Below are positions 41,184-50,399 of a DNA stretch of 64,000 nucleotides, in pieces. The DNA is from Thermoprotei archaeon. GTDB lineage: Archaea; Thermoproteota; Thermoprotei; Thermoproteales; B15-G16. A program made the position numbers and the translations under genes. The notes beneath the pieces were generated by a model, which was not told the origin of the DNA, did no database searches, and saw only the letters and a program-made list of their open reading frames with translations. Each line of letters starts with the position of its first letter. Within the stretch, counting starts at the first letter, position 1. The stretch spans positions 128,001 through 192,000 of the forward strand of contig QMRC01000001.1 in NCBI GenBank assembly GCA_003649205.1, written 5' to 3'.

Positions 41184-42092
41184 CTAGATAACTACGTAGA
41201 GCGAGTACGTAACTGAGTACCTTCTAAATCCTCTTCTAGTATCCGGTATAGCAGCTCCACCCCACTTCAGTATGAAACCCCTCCTTCTCAACTCCTCAAG
41301 TAACTTCATTACTTCGATACTGGTTAGGGGTGAGTAACCTCGCTTTACGAGTTCTCTATTTATTTGTTCAAGAGTTAGTGGAATACGTAGGTGAGGTCTA
41401 TACACGAGATCTACCTTAGCTTTCCCCCTCTTCACACTAAGTTCCTTAATACTGAGTATAATCTCATACATTACTTCAGGTGATGGAAAAATTTCACTAG
41501 GGATTTCAGCCTTAAGTAACCAAGTTGAGAGCAAAGGATTGAGAACTATTACTTTGTCTCCTAGGTCTTTACTACATTGCACTAATTTGAGGGATTTGAG
41601 TAGAGAAATCATGTTGTTGAGAGTCGTCTCATCAGCAACTTCCTTAGAAAGTAATTCATTCCTTAATACGTCTAGATCTACAACTCTACATCCAGAGGAA
41701 GTTATCTTCTTTAGAAGTCTCAGTAGTTCTCTGAAGCATCTAAAAGTGAGGAATCTTTGAATAATTGTGAATTTCCATTCACAATCCCCAGACTTCAGTG
41801 ATGTTAGCACCTTTTGTCCATCCTCGAGTAGAATTACCTTAAGGTTATTTCCTCTACCTTCTCTCCTCACTAGACCAAGGTAGGATAAGATCTTCAGATT
41901 CTCCCTCAGCACCCTATCACTGACACGTAACCTACCTCTAAGTGCATTAAAGTGACAAGAACCACCAAGATCATTAATTACTTCAAGTACTTTCAGTAAT
42001 GACCTAACTGAAATCCTACTAATTGGTAGCTTAACAGCATGCGTTCGAGCATGTGGCATGTGGACTCCATACAGGTAAGTGCTGAGTATCAA
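41184..42092 (-). CDS. Tandem winged-helix putative DNA-binding protein
   Basis: Three wHTH-like units ending LSYLGLV, LKSLKLV, LRRRGFI. Confidence 0.65.
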   Translation of the reverse strand: MILSTYLYGVHMPHARTHAVKLPISRISVRSLLKVLEVINDLGGSCHFNALRGRLRVSDRVLRENLKILSYLGLVRREGRGNNLKVILLEDGQKVLTSLKSGDCEWKFTIIQRFLTFRCFRELLRLLKKITSSGCRVVDLDVLRNELLSKEVADETTLNNMISLLKSLKLVQCSKDLGDKVIVLNPLLSTWLLKAEIPSEIFPSPEVMYEIILSIKELSVKRGKAKVDLVYRPHLRIPLTLEQINRELVKRGYSPLTSIEVMKLLEELRRRGFILKWGGAAIPDTRRGFRRYSVTYSLYVVI

Positions 42093-42140
42093 CTTAATCT
42101 TCCTCAGAGCAGATGTACGTATTATGGTGTAGGTAATGGG

Positions 42141-42941
42141 CTACTCAATACAGTACTCAATCTCTGACTCAGCATGTGAAACACCCCTAGCTTGCTCAAG
42201 TAACTTATCTATTAATCTGATGTAGACCCTAATTCCGTACTTCTCGTGAATTAGCTCAGCAATGTGCTTGAGGTACTTGGGCTCTGTCTTACCAATACCC
42301 CTGAAGTGACTAGACAATGTATTGACAGGAACATACTGCTGTAGGACGTACTTGACTTTAGTGAAGTCAATACCTAGCTCAAGTAGTTCCTGAACTAACT
42401 TCAGAATATCAACTTCACTAATCAACGTAGGTACAACAACTGTACGAATCTCAAGATCAATACTACTACCAATTAGCAATCGAAGGCTCTCTATTATTTT
42501 TCTAAGCAGATCCCTCATAACCTCGATATTGAGTCCAGTAACCTCACTGTACTTAGCTACATCACTTAAAGGAGCTTTAACATCACACGTTACGTGATCT
42601 AGCAAACCACGTCTCAGTAATCTACCAAGCACACTAGGTCTCGAGAGATTCGTATCCAGACTACATGCAAGATCAAAATCCCTCGCTAAGGTAAATACCT
42701 CCTCAAGAGTATTGGGGTGAAGAGTTGGTTCACCTCCAGTAACGTGAATGTACTTAACACCTCCCTCACTAATAAACCTCTTCAATTCATCAGCTGTAAT
42801 CTCAAGTACTCTCTCACCAAGAACAACATCCCTAAAGCAACACCAAGGACACCTAAAGTTACACCCTGGTAACCAAAGCATTAATGATAATCCATAACCA
42901 ATTAGAGGAGCCCTATCAACCCTTGAAATCAGCAACTTCAC
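42141..42941 (-). CDS. Radical SAM activating-enzyme family (NrdG/PflA-like)
   Basis: GCNFRCPWC, TGGEPT, LDTN, DVKAP, EIRTVVVP. Confidence 0.85.
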   Translation of the reverse strand: MKLLISRVDRAPLIGYGLSLMLWLPGCNFRCPWCCFRDVVLGERVLEITADELKRFISEGGVKYIHVTGGEPTLHPNTLEEVFTLARDFDLACSLDTNLSRPSVLGRLLRRGLLDHVTCDVKAPLSDVAKYSEVTGLNIEVMRDLLRKIIESLRLLIGSSIDLEIRTVVVPTLISEVDILKLVQELLELGIDFTKVKYVLQQYVPVNTLSSHFRGIGKTEPKYLKHIAELIHEKYGIRVYIRLIDKLLEQARGVSHAESEIEYCIE

Positions 42942-42966
42942 GCAATGAGCACCTCCTACAATTTAG

Positions 42967-44565
42967 TTAAACTCTCAGCTTTCTAAGCATAACTCTAGCT
43001 ATTAGCACAACTACTATCAGCAATGCTACACCTATTCCTGGTGGTATGAGTATGTACGTGCTGAACTCACCCTCTATGAGTGATAGGGGTAGTACCATGA
43101 TGAGTATGGTAGCTACTACCTGAGCTGGTAATAGGAATAGCTGGACGATATACTCCTTAATGTGTAGCGATCTTTGTTGTAGTGTTACCTCGAGTTCACT
43201 AACTGTTACAGGTAGTTGAGTAGCTCTTAGATACGTTCTCAAGCCTAGAAGTAGTGTTAGATCGATGTGTATGTGTAGTGCTACTCCGTACGAAATTAGT
43301 ACAGCCACCAGGGCCATTACTGAAGTTAGCAGTGCTACATCAGGTAGGTGCAGTACTGTACTTAGCACTAGTAGAGCTAGTGATACTGCACATATCGGTG
43401 TTGTGTAGTACCTTAGAGCTAACTTCCTTATGTAGTGACCTAGGTGCCTTATCTCGAGACCAGCGGTGATGAAGTGCCACGATATGAATCCAATTAGTGA
43501 GGTTGTGCTTGTTAGAATCGTGTTAGGTGCTATGACTATAGCAATCATCAATATGCCAACGATTATTGATGGTATTATCTCAGCTCCTTCTATTGATACG
43601 TAGTTTCTCACGATGTAGTCAATCACTGGTGTGAGGATTATTGCAGTACACACTCCAACTGATACTTTGATTAGTTTGTTCCGTAGTAGGGTTTTCATTA
43701 GAGAATTGAGGTCAGTGATGCGTGGTTCATGTAGAGATATAGTGATTGATTCTCCAAATACCACATCTAGCGGCTTAGCTGCTAGTTCATGCCCTGTAAT
43801 ATACATAAGCAGTATTGCCGCAACAACTACGTAGAGTAGTGTTGCTGCAACAGCTGGTGTGAACCTAGCTTCTGCTATGTCGATTACCGCCATTGCAATT
43901 GCTGAGCTAGGTAGTAAATGTGGTACGTACTCGATCTTTAGCCATATGAAGATGGGTCCTAGTACGGATAGGGGTACCATCACTACACGTACAGTACTTA
44001 GAGCATTACTCAACCTAGCTAAGTTACAGTAACGACTCAACTCTGGTAGTGAGGTAATGTACTCAACCGTGAATCTCAATGCTACTAGAGAGAGTAGACT
44101 AGATAGTACGTACATGAAACTGCGAGGAGATGAGACTACTAGCCACACAACCGTGTACACCATGTATGGCATGTATACTAAGATATCGGTAAGTATCGAG
44201 GAGAATACTAGCGTTCGTAGTGAAGTTGATGATACGTAGATTAGATCTAAATCCTCTAGAAGTACATGTGGTATTCCTGAGGGAACCCCAAGACTACCAT
44301 ACTTCCTACCTCTAGCAAGCCCCTTCTTACGTAGTCTAGGTGCTATGGCTGAAAGTATGAGGATTACAGCAAATGCGGTGGACAGAGCTAATTCAGTTAA
44401 ATCTCTCGACATCAAAGTAACTTGTGACCTACTACTTCTCTCTAGAAATCTCGGTAGGATACCAAGCGCACCTATGGCTAGTGCTAGGTATGAGAATTTA
44501 AGTGCTCTAACCGTAGCTAGTGTCTTGTAGTAAGTGAGCTTGAGTAAAGTCGATAACTCACTCAC
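42967..44565 (-). CDS. ABC exporter permease
   Basis: Many TM segments; overlaps the ABC ATPase gene. Confidence 0.7.
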   Translation of the reverse strand: MSELSTLLKLTYYKTLATVRALKFSYLALAIGALGILPRFLERSSRSQVTLMSRDLTELALSTAFAVILILSAIAPRLRKKGLARGRKYGSLGVPSGIPHVLLEDLDLIYVSSTSLRTLVFSSILTDILVYMPYMVYTVVWLVVSSPRSFMYVLSSLLSLVALRFTVEYITSLPELSRYCNLARLSNALSTVRVVMVPLSVLGPIFIWLKIEYVPHLLPSSAIAMAVIDIAEARFTPAVAATLLYVVVAAILLMYITGHELAAKPLDVVFGESITISLHEPRITDLNSLMKTLLRNKLIKVSVGVCTAIILTPVIDYIVRNYVSIEGAEIIPSIIVGILMIAIVIAPNTILTSTTSLIGFISWHFITAGLEIRHLGHYIRKLALRYYTTPICAVSLALLVLSTVLHLPDVALLTSVMALVAVLISYGVALHIHIDLTLLLGLRTYLRATQLPVTVSELEVTLQQRSLHIKEYIVQLFLLPAQVVATILIMVLPLSLIEGEFSTYILIPPGIGVALLIVVVLIARVMLRKLRV

Positions 44566-45283
44566 CTGTAATCACCTTTAGGAGAGCATCCTCAAGTGTA
44601 GATACCTTCATAGCTTGCTTAACCTCGGTAATAGTACCCTCAATTACCTTGATTCCACGATGCATTATGCATACTCGATCTGCAATTCCTTCAACCCAAG
44701 GGAGTACGTGACTTGATAGTAGAACTGATGAACCGGACTTAACGAGTTCCTTAATCTCCTCCTTGAGCACTTTCTGAGCTAGGACGTCGAGAGCCATGTA
44801 TGGTTCGTCCATGACTATAAGCTTGGGTTGAGGTATGAAGGCCATCGTTAGTATTAGCTTCTGTATGTTACCTCTCGAGAGCTTAGATACCTTAACCTTC
44901 TCAAGACCTTTCAGCTCGAAGCGTTCGAAATAGTACTCCGCTCTCCTCTCAGCAAGCGATTTCTCGAGACCACGAATAGACGCTAGTAAGTACACATACT
45001 CCATAACAGTTAGCTCACCGTAGAGTACCGGATTGTCTGGTACGTAGGTGACGTACTTGAGTGCCTTGGTTCGTTCACGATGTACGTCGTAACCCATGAC
45101 CTTGACTGAACCACGGCTTGGTGAGAGGAGCCCAACTACTGTCCTCAAGGTGGTTGTCTTACCAGCACCATTAGGGCCAACCAATGAGTACACTATGCCC
45201 TCATCTATTGCGAACGTAAGTCCACGAACTGCAGGGTAAGAGCCATAGAACTTCCAGAGATCGTTGACCTCAAGTACCTGCAT
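44558..45283 (-). CDS. ABC transporter ATP-binding protein
   Basis: GPNGAGKT, LSRG, MDEP, SSH. Confidence 0.92.
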   Translation of the reverse strand: MQVLEVNDLWKFYGSYPAVRGLTFAIDEGIVYSLVGPNGAGKTTTLRTVVGLLSPSRGSVKVMGYDVHRERTKALKYVTYVPDNPVLYGELTVMEYVYLLASIRGLEKSLAERRAEYYFERFELKGLEKVKVSKLSRGNIQKLILTMAFIPQPKLIVMDEPYMALDVLAQKVLKEEIKELVKSGSSVLLSSHVLPWVEGIADRVCIMHRGIKVIEGTITEVKQAMKVSTLEDALLKVITGE

Positions 45284-45438
45284 CGTGGGTGTAGAGTTTT
45301 CTTGACTGTAATTAAAACTTTACACCTTGACCCGCATCCTACACCCTAGGTACTAGGTGGGTTAGGTACTGCTACGTAATTCACTTAAGAGCTTCAACAC
45401 CACTCTTAACTCGGAAATACCATCCATAGACAGTACTG

Positions 45439-45849
45439 TTACATGCTTCGCCTCACTACGGTCTCTGAATCGTTTATGTGCCTCCATAGCCCACTCTTTG
45501 CTCTCAGTATCACAATACCTAACCTCTCTATCAGTGCATCCGACATAGCAGGTTCATCGAGACCGGGCTTTATTAGGACTAGTGTCTCTGCTTCAGATAG
45601 CTTATTTCCGTGTTCATCAAGTAGTTCTATGGTTATTGGTTCCTGAATTAAGTACCCTATGGTTTCTGAGGTAAATTCCATAACTGGTACAGCAGTGCTA
45701 CTCTCGGTAGGCCATATACCAAGTTGTTCAGCTACCTCTGGTGGTATAGCTATGATAGGTACATCGGTTTCAGCACCTGCACTAGCTAGAGCAACAATCT
45801 CAATGCTTCTATCCCTTGACTAAAGCCTATCTTTGACTCGCACAACCAT
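45439..45849 (-). pseudogene. Retropepsin-like archaeal protein with in-frame TAG at codon 10
   Basis: MVVRVKDRL*SRDRSIEIVALASAGAETDVP...SDALIERLGI; paralog of 11474..11909. Confidence 0.7.
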
Positions 45850-46141
45850 GTTCAAGTTCCCTTAATCAGCTTCTTGACATCTACCTTTATCTTGAATTTT
45901 CTAAAGCAGATTTTCAGATCTCTCCTCAATTTTAGTTCTCCTCTCAGAAGTGCTTCAAATTCCTCTCTCGTCAGTACCAAGACTACTCTTCTCCCCCGAT
46001 TGTACATCTGGGCTTCCCCAAATATTCCACAACTTGATCCCAATATACTTCACGCTACCATGCCCAGCTGTATGCCATGTCTTTACGTAGGTCATAACTT
46101 TAACATTTGGGGTACTTCTCTCTTCTCTATGGTGATTATGG

Positions 46142-46429
46142 TTGAGGAGGGTCGCTCTTGTCCTTGATCGTAGAGATAATGTTGCTATTGCTCTTCGTGA
46201 TCTCAGAAAAGGTGAGAGAGTTCGCGTTGAGGTTAATGGTGGGGTTATTGAGGTGACGTTGTTAGATGATGTTCCTTTTGGTCATAAGTTTGCTATTAGG
46301 GAGGTTAGGGAGGGTGAGTACATAGTTAAGTGTGGTGAGGTTATTGGTCGTGCTACTAGACTGATTAAGGTTGGTGAACACGTTCACGTTCACAATGTTG
46401 AGAGTGTAAGGTTTTCACCACGTACCTGA
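46142..46429 (+). CDS. UxaA/SuyA-type SAF-domain small subunit
   Basis: DNVAIAL, VPFGHKFA, GEHVHVHN. Confidence 0.88.
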   Translation: MRRVALVLDRRDNVAIALRDLRKGERVRVEVNGGVIEVTLLDDVPFGHKFAIREVREGEYIVKCGEVIGRATRLIKVGEHVHVHNVESVRFSPRT

Positions 46430-46438
46430 GGTGTCGAT

Positions 46439-47599
46439 ATGTATGAGCTTAGAGGTTTTGTAAGACCTGACGGTAGAGTTGGATTCAGAAATCACGTACT
46501 TGTTCTCCCTACTGTTGCTTGTGTTAGTGAGGTTGCTATGAGGGTAGCTATGAAGGTTGAAGGTGTTGTTGCTGTGTGGAATCCCTATGGGTGTACTCAA
46601 ATTGGTAGAGATCTCGAGATAACTACGAGAACTCTGATTGGTATTGGTAGAAATCCAAATGTATTTGCTGTACTTGTCCTCGGTCTTGGTTGTGAAACTG
46701 TTGATACTGATAAGGTTGCTGATGCTATTGCTAAGACAGGTAAACCTGTTGAGGTTGTTAGAGTTCAGGATGTTGGTGGTATTTTGAGAGCTGAGGAGCT
46801 TGCTACATCTATCGTTGCTAGGTTTCGTCAAGAAGCTTCAGTACAGAGACGTGTGAGTGTTGATTTCTCATCACTTGTAGTTGCTGTTGAGTGTGGTGGT
46901 TCAGATACTACGTCAGGTATTGCTGCTAATCCTGTTGTTGGCTACGTAGCTGATAGAGTTATTGATCTAGGCGGTACAGTTATTATGTCTGAAGTACCTG
47001 AGATGATTGGTGCTGAACACATCCTTGTTAAGAGAGCTGTATCGAGAGAGGTCGCTGAGAAGTTACTTCAGTTAATTAGGGAGTGGGAGGAACTAGCTAA
47101 ATCAGCTGGTGCCGATATCAGGGGTTCACAACCAACTCCAGGTAATATTGCTGGTGGGATAACGACATTGGAGGAGAAGTCTCTAGGTGCTATCTTGAAG
47201 GGGGGTACTAGACCTATTGTTGGTGTTCTTGATTATGCTGAAGAGCCGAAAAGTAGGGGATTATGGGTAATGAATACACCAGGATTCGATATTGAGTCTG
47301 TTACTGGTATGGTTGCTGGTGGTGCTCAGGTAGTGCTCTTCACAACAGGTAGGGGAACCCCTGTAGGTTCAGCTATAGCTCCTGTCATTAAGGTAACAGC
47401 AAATTCAGAGACCTACAGGAAGATGAGAGATATAATTGACTTCTATGCAGGTACTGTAATTGAGGGAGTAGAGACCATCAAACAAGTAGGTGAGAAGTTA
47501 TTTAAAGAACTGATTGAGGTACTTAATGGTAAGTTAACCAAGTCGGAGATTCTGAAGCATAGAGAATTTGGCATAATGAAGGTATCGCCATCACTTTAG
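46439..47599 (+). CDS. UxaA/GarD/SuyB-family dehydratase or sulfo-lyase large subunit
   Basis: GFRNH, GLGCE, ECGGSD, PGNIAGG, EEKSLG, FTTGRG. Confidence 0.9.
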   Translation: MYELRGFVRPDGRVGFRNHVLVLPTVACVSEVAMRVAMKVEGVVAVWNPYGCTQIGRDLEITTRTLIGIGRNPNVFAVLVLGLGCETVDTDKVADAIAKTGKPVEVVRVQDVGGILRAEELATSIVARFRQEASVQRRVSVDFSSLVVAVECGGSDTTSGIAANPVVGYVADRVIDLGGTVIMSEVPEMIGAEHILVKRAVSREVAEKLLQLIREWEELAKSAGADIRGSQPTPGNIAGGITTLEEKSLGAILKGGTRPIVGVLDYAEEPKSRGLWVMNTPGFDIESVTGMVAGGAQVVLFTTGRGTPVGSAIAPVIKVTANSETYRKMRDIIDFYAGTVIEGVETIKQVGEKLFKELIEVLNGKLTKSEILKHREFGIMKVSPSL

Positions 47600-47726
47600 T
47601 TACCACATGTAGGAAGTGGAGTAATGTAGTAACACATTATATCTGTAACTAATAAAGTGGTAGTAATTACCTCAATAAATGGATTACAGGTATTTTTCAT
47701 AAAAGAAATTCAGAAATTCCTATGTA

Positions 47727-48173
47727 GTGGGTGCTATCTTGAGTATTGAGTACGTGGAGATTTTGAAGAGGAGAGCACAGCAATTTGTTAAGTATGGTGA
47801 TGTAGCTTTACAGAATGAGGACTATGACTTAGCATGCTTTATGTACCATCAAGCTAGTGAGCTATACCTTAAAGCCATACTACTTAGATTAACAGGACAT
47901 GTACCTCGATTACATTCGATTAGACAATTACTTGCTCTCTTAATCAAAATTCTCGAAGAGGTATTTCACCAGAGACTTAATGATATAATTGACTTACTGA
48001 GATACTTTACCTCACGTTATAGGAGCGAACTTAAGCTTCTCGATGAAGTTTACGTACAGGCTAGATATGCTCCTCGAAGATATTCAAGGGAGGAATGTGA
48101 GAGTTTAAGAGATTTATCTAGACACATACTTGAGGTGGTGAAGCTTATTGAAGAGAGACTTTCAAGCATCTGA
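47727..48173 (+). CDS. HEPN-domain protein
   Basis: HQASELYLKA, LHSI, YVQARY. Confidence 0.88.
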   Translation: MGAILSIEYVEILKRRAQQFVKYGDVALQNEDYDLACFMYHQASELYLKAILLRLTGHVPRLHSIRQLLALLIKILEEVFHQRLNDIIDLLRYFTSRYRSELKLLDEVYVQARYAPRRYSREECESLRDLSRHILEVVKLIEERLSSI

Positions 48174-48540
48174 AGAAGTATACCTTAGAATTAGAGCAGA
48201 GATGTTTCGTGAACTACTAAAGTGGAGGCACTACCTAAAGTACTTAATTGAAGCTAGTGAGAAGGTACTTGGTGAGAATGCTGAGATCTATGTCTTCGGT
48301 AGTGCTATTGAGGGTAAGTTAACTGCTGATAGCGATGTTGATGTAGCTATCGTACTACCTCAAGTACCTTCCTCTGGTGCTGAGAGAGCTAAGGTGATTG
48401 ATAGGATCTTTAGGTATATGGAGGAGAGGGGTGTTCCTTGGTGGTATCCCTTCGAAATTCACTTAGTGACTAGAGAGGAAATGGAGGTATTGAAGAGAGG
48501 AGGAGCTAAATTCTACAACGCTAAAGAACTAGTCAAGTAG
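48148..48540 (+). CDS. Minimal nucleotidyltransferase (MNT)
   Basis: FGSAIEG..SDVDV, PFEIHLV. Confidence 0.88.
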   Translation: MKRDFQASEEVYLRIRAEMFRELLKWRHYLKYLIEASEKVLGENAEIYVFGSAIEGKLTADSDVDVAIVLPQVPSSGAERAKVIDRIFRYMEERGVPWWYPFEIHLVTREEMEVLKRGGAKFYNAKELVK

Positions 48541-48553
48541 ATGCATATTGCTA

Positions 48554-50377
48554 CTAGTGTGTGACTTTCTTCACTAGGTACCTGGGTGAGTCAATTGGTC
48601 TTCCTAGTAATTCTCCAAGTCTATACGATAGGAATTGTAGTGGTATTGCAAATGCTATTGGTGCTATATGTCTTGTAGTTGGTGGGACGAGTAGTGTGGG
48701 TACACCTACCATACGTAGATTTTCATCGTGCTCAAACCCTACACTGATTACGGTAGCTCCCCTCTCCTTAGCTACTTTCATTAGAGGGTACGTAGCTTCT
48801 GCTGCTACCTTCTCGACGGGTACTATGAATATGGTGAAGAAGTTCTCACCTATGAGTACTATTGGTCCATGTTTGAACTCTCCTGCTTCAATACCTTCAG
48901 CGTGAATGTATGCTACTTCCTTGAGCTTAAGTGCTCCCTCTAGTGCTATTGGGTACGTAATTCCCCTAGATATGACGTATCCACTCCTACACTTTACTAT
49001 TTTCTTAGCTGCTTCAGAAGCTACTGCATCAATGTTCTTCATGTGTTTGGTAAGTTCCAAAGCATACTTCTTCAGCTCTTCAACTCTATTCCTGAACTCT
49101 GAGGCTGATAGCTCTCTCCTCTCCTTCGCTACTCTTAGAGCCACTATGTAGAGTACTGCCAGGGTAGAGGTAAAGGTCTTTGTTGCTGGTACAGCTAATT
49201 CAGGTCCTGCCGCTATTGGTAAGTACAGATTCGAGAGATTTGCTAATTTAGAACCTATGTAGTTTGTTATTCCAAGAATTGTTGCACCTCTAAGCTTTGC
49301 TTCGTATACTGACTTTATGACATCTGATGTCTCTCCTGACTGTGATATCGCTATCACGACAGTTCCTGGTCCTACATTCTCAACGTAGTATAGTGGGAAT
49401 TCAGCAGCACTAACAACTATTGGACTTATCTTAGCTAGTTCAGAGAGATAGTATGAACCTACGAGTCCTGCATGGAGACTAGTACCGTCAGCAATTATGT
49501 ATATGCTCTCAGCTTCTTGGAGTAGTCGAGAAGCAAATGTCAGGTACTTTTCCTGAATTGACGATAATGTCCTCAGTAGAGCATACGGTATCTCATAGAT
49601 TTCCCTAAGCATATGGTGTGGAAATCCATCAGTGTAAATATACTCCGCCTTTACTTCAAGTGGTTTAAATTCCTTCTCCAAAGGCCTCATCTCTTTTACA
49701 TCCATGAAGCGTACACCATCTCTAGATAGAACAGCTAACTCACCACCCCTAAGTTCCGTAACTACGTCAGTAAAACCATGTAGAGAGCTCCTTGTTGAAG
49801 CTATAGCAATCAGATCTCTCGATAACCCAACATAGAGTTCCTGAAGAGAGGTGTAGGCAAGTATCGATCTCGATTCAGCATGTAGAACTACAAAGCTAAA
49901 GAAACCTTCAAGTTTCCTAGCTACAGCAGCTACAGCTTCCTCTACACTTATACCCTCTTTCAACTCATCCTCCAGCAAGTGAGCTATAACTTCGAAATCA
50001 CAGCGAGAAACTACTCTATGCCCTTTCACAAACAATTCATCCCTTAACATCTCGTAGTTTGCTATAGCACCATCACCAACAACAGCAATCAAACATGAGC
50101 AATCAGCGTGTGGATGAGCGTTATCCACATGTGGTCTTCCATGTGTAGAGAACCTGGTATGACCAATAGCTACATCACTTCGGCAAGAGGATAGGGCACG
50201 ATCCCGATACACCTTATTGATATCACCAACACCCTTGCGTACCTCAATAATATGGTCTCTAAGGAAGGCTATACCAGCTGTATCTGAACCCCTAAATGCC
50301 ATCCTCCTCAAACACTCAACAACGATACCAATGACGTCCGAACCCGATCTCGAAATCACACCACATACACCACCCAC
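48554..50377 (-). CDS. glmS: GlmS-like protein with degenerate glutaminase domain
   Basis: SIS motifs SQSGETSD, ATKTFTS, EGALKLKE, GEFKHGP; likely start GTG 50377 (MGGVCG) after a GAGGTGA SD. Confidence 0.85.
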   Translation of the reverse strand: MGGVCGVISRSGSDVIGIVVECLRRMAFRGSDTAGIAFLRDHIIEVRKGVGDINKVYRDRALSSCRSDVAIGHTRFSTHGRPHVDNAHPHADCSCLIAVVGDGAIANYEMLRDELFVKGHRVVSRCDFEVIAHLLEDELKEGISVEEAVAAVARKLEGFFSFVVLHAESRSILAYTSLQELYVGLSRDLIAIASTRSSLHGFTDVVTELRGGELAVLSRDGVRFMDVKEMRPLEKEFKPLEVKAEYIYTDGFPHHMLREIYEIPYALLRTLSSIQEKYLTFASRLLQEAESIYIIADGTSLHAGLVGSYYLSELAKISPIVVSAAEFPLYYVENVGPGTVVIAISQSGETSDVIKSVYEAKLRGATILGITNYIGSKLANLSNLYLPIAAGPELAVPATKTFTSTLAVLYIVALRVAKERRELSASEFRNRVEELKKYALELTKHMKNIDAVASEAAKKIVKCRSGYVISRGITYPIALEGALKLKEVAYIHAEGIEAGEFKHGPIVLIGENFFTIFIVPVEKVAAEATYPLMKVAKERGATVISVGFEHDENLRMVGVPTLLVPPTTRHIAPIAFAIPLQFLSYRLGELLGRPIDSPRYLVKKVTH

Positions 50378-50399
50378 ATCCATCACCTCATCAATTAAT

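Noticed and set aside
45852-46043. 63 aa ORF upstream of the retropepsin-like pseudogene
   Set aside because: May be a small partner gene, but the start is uncertain and there is no recognisable motif
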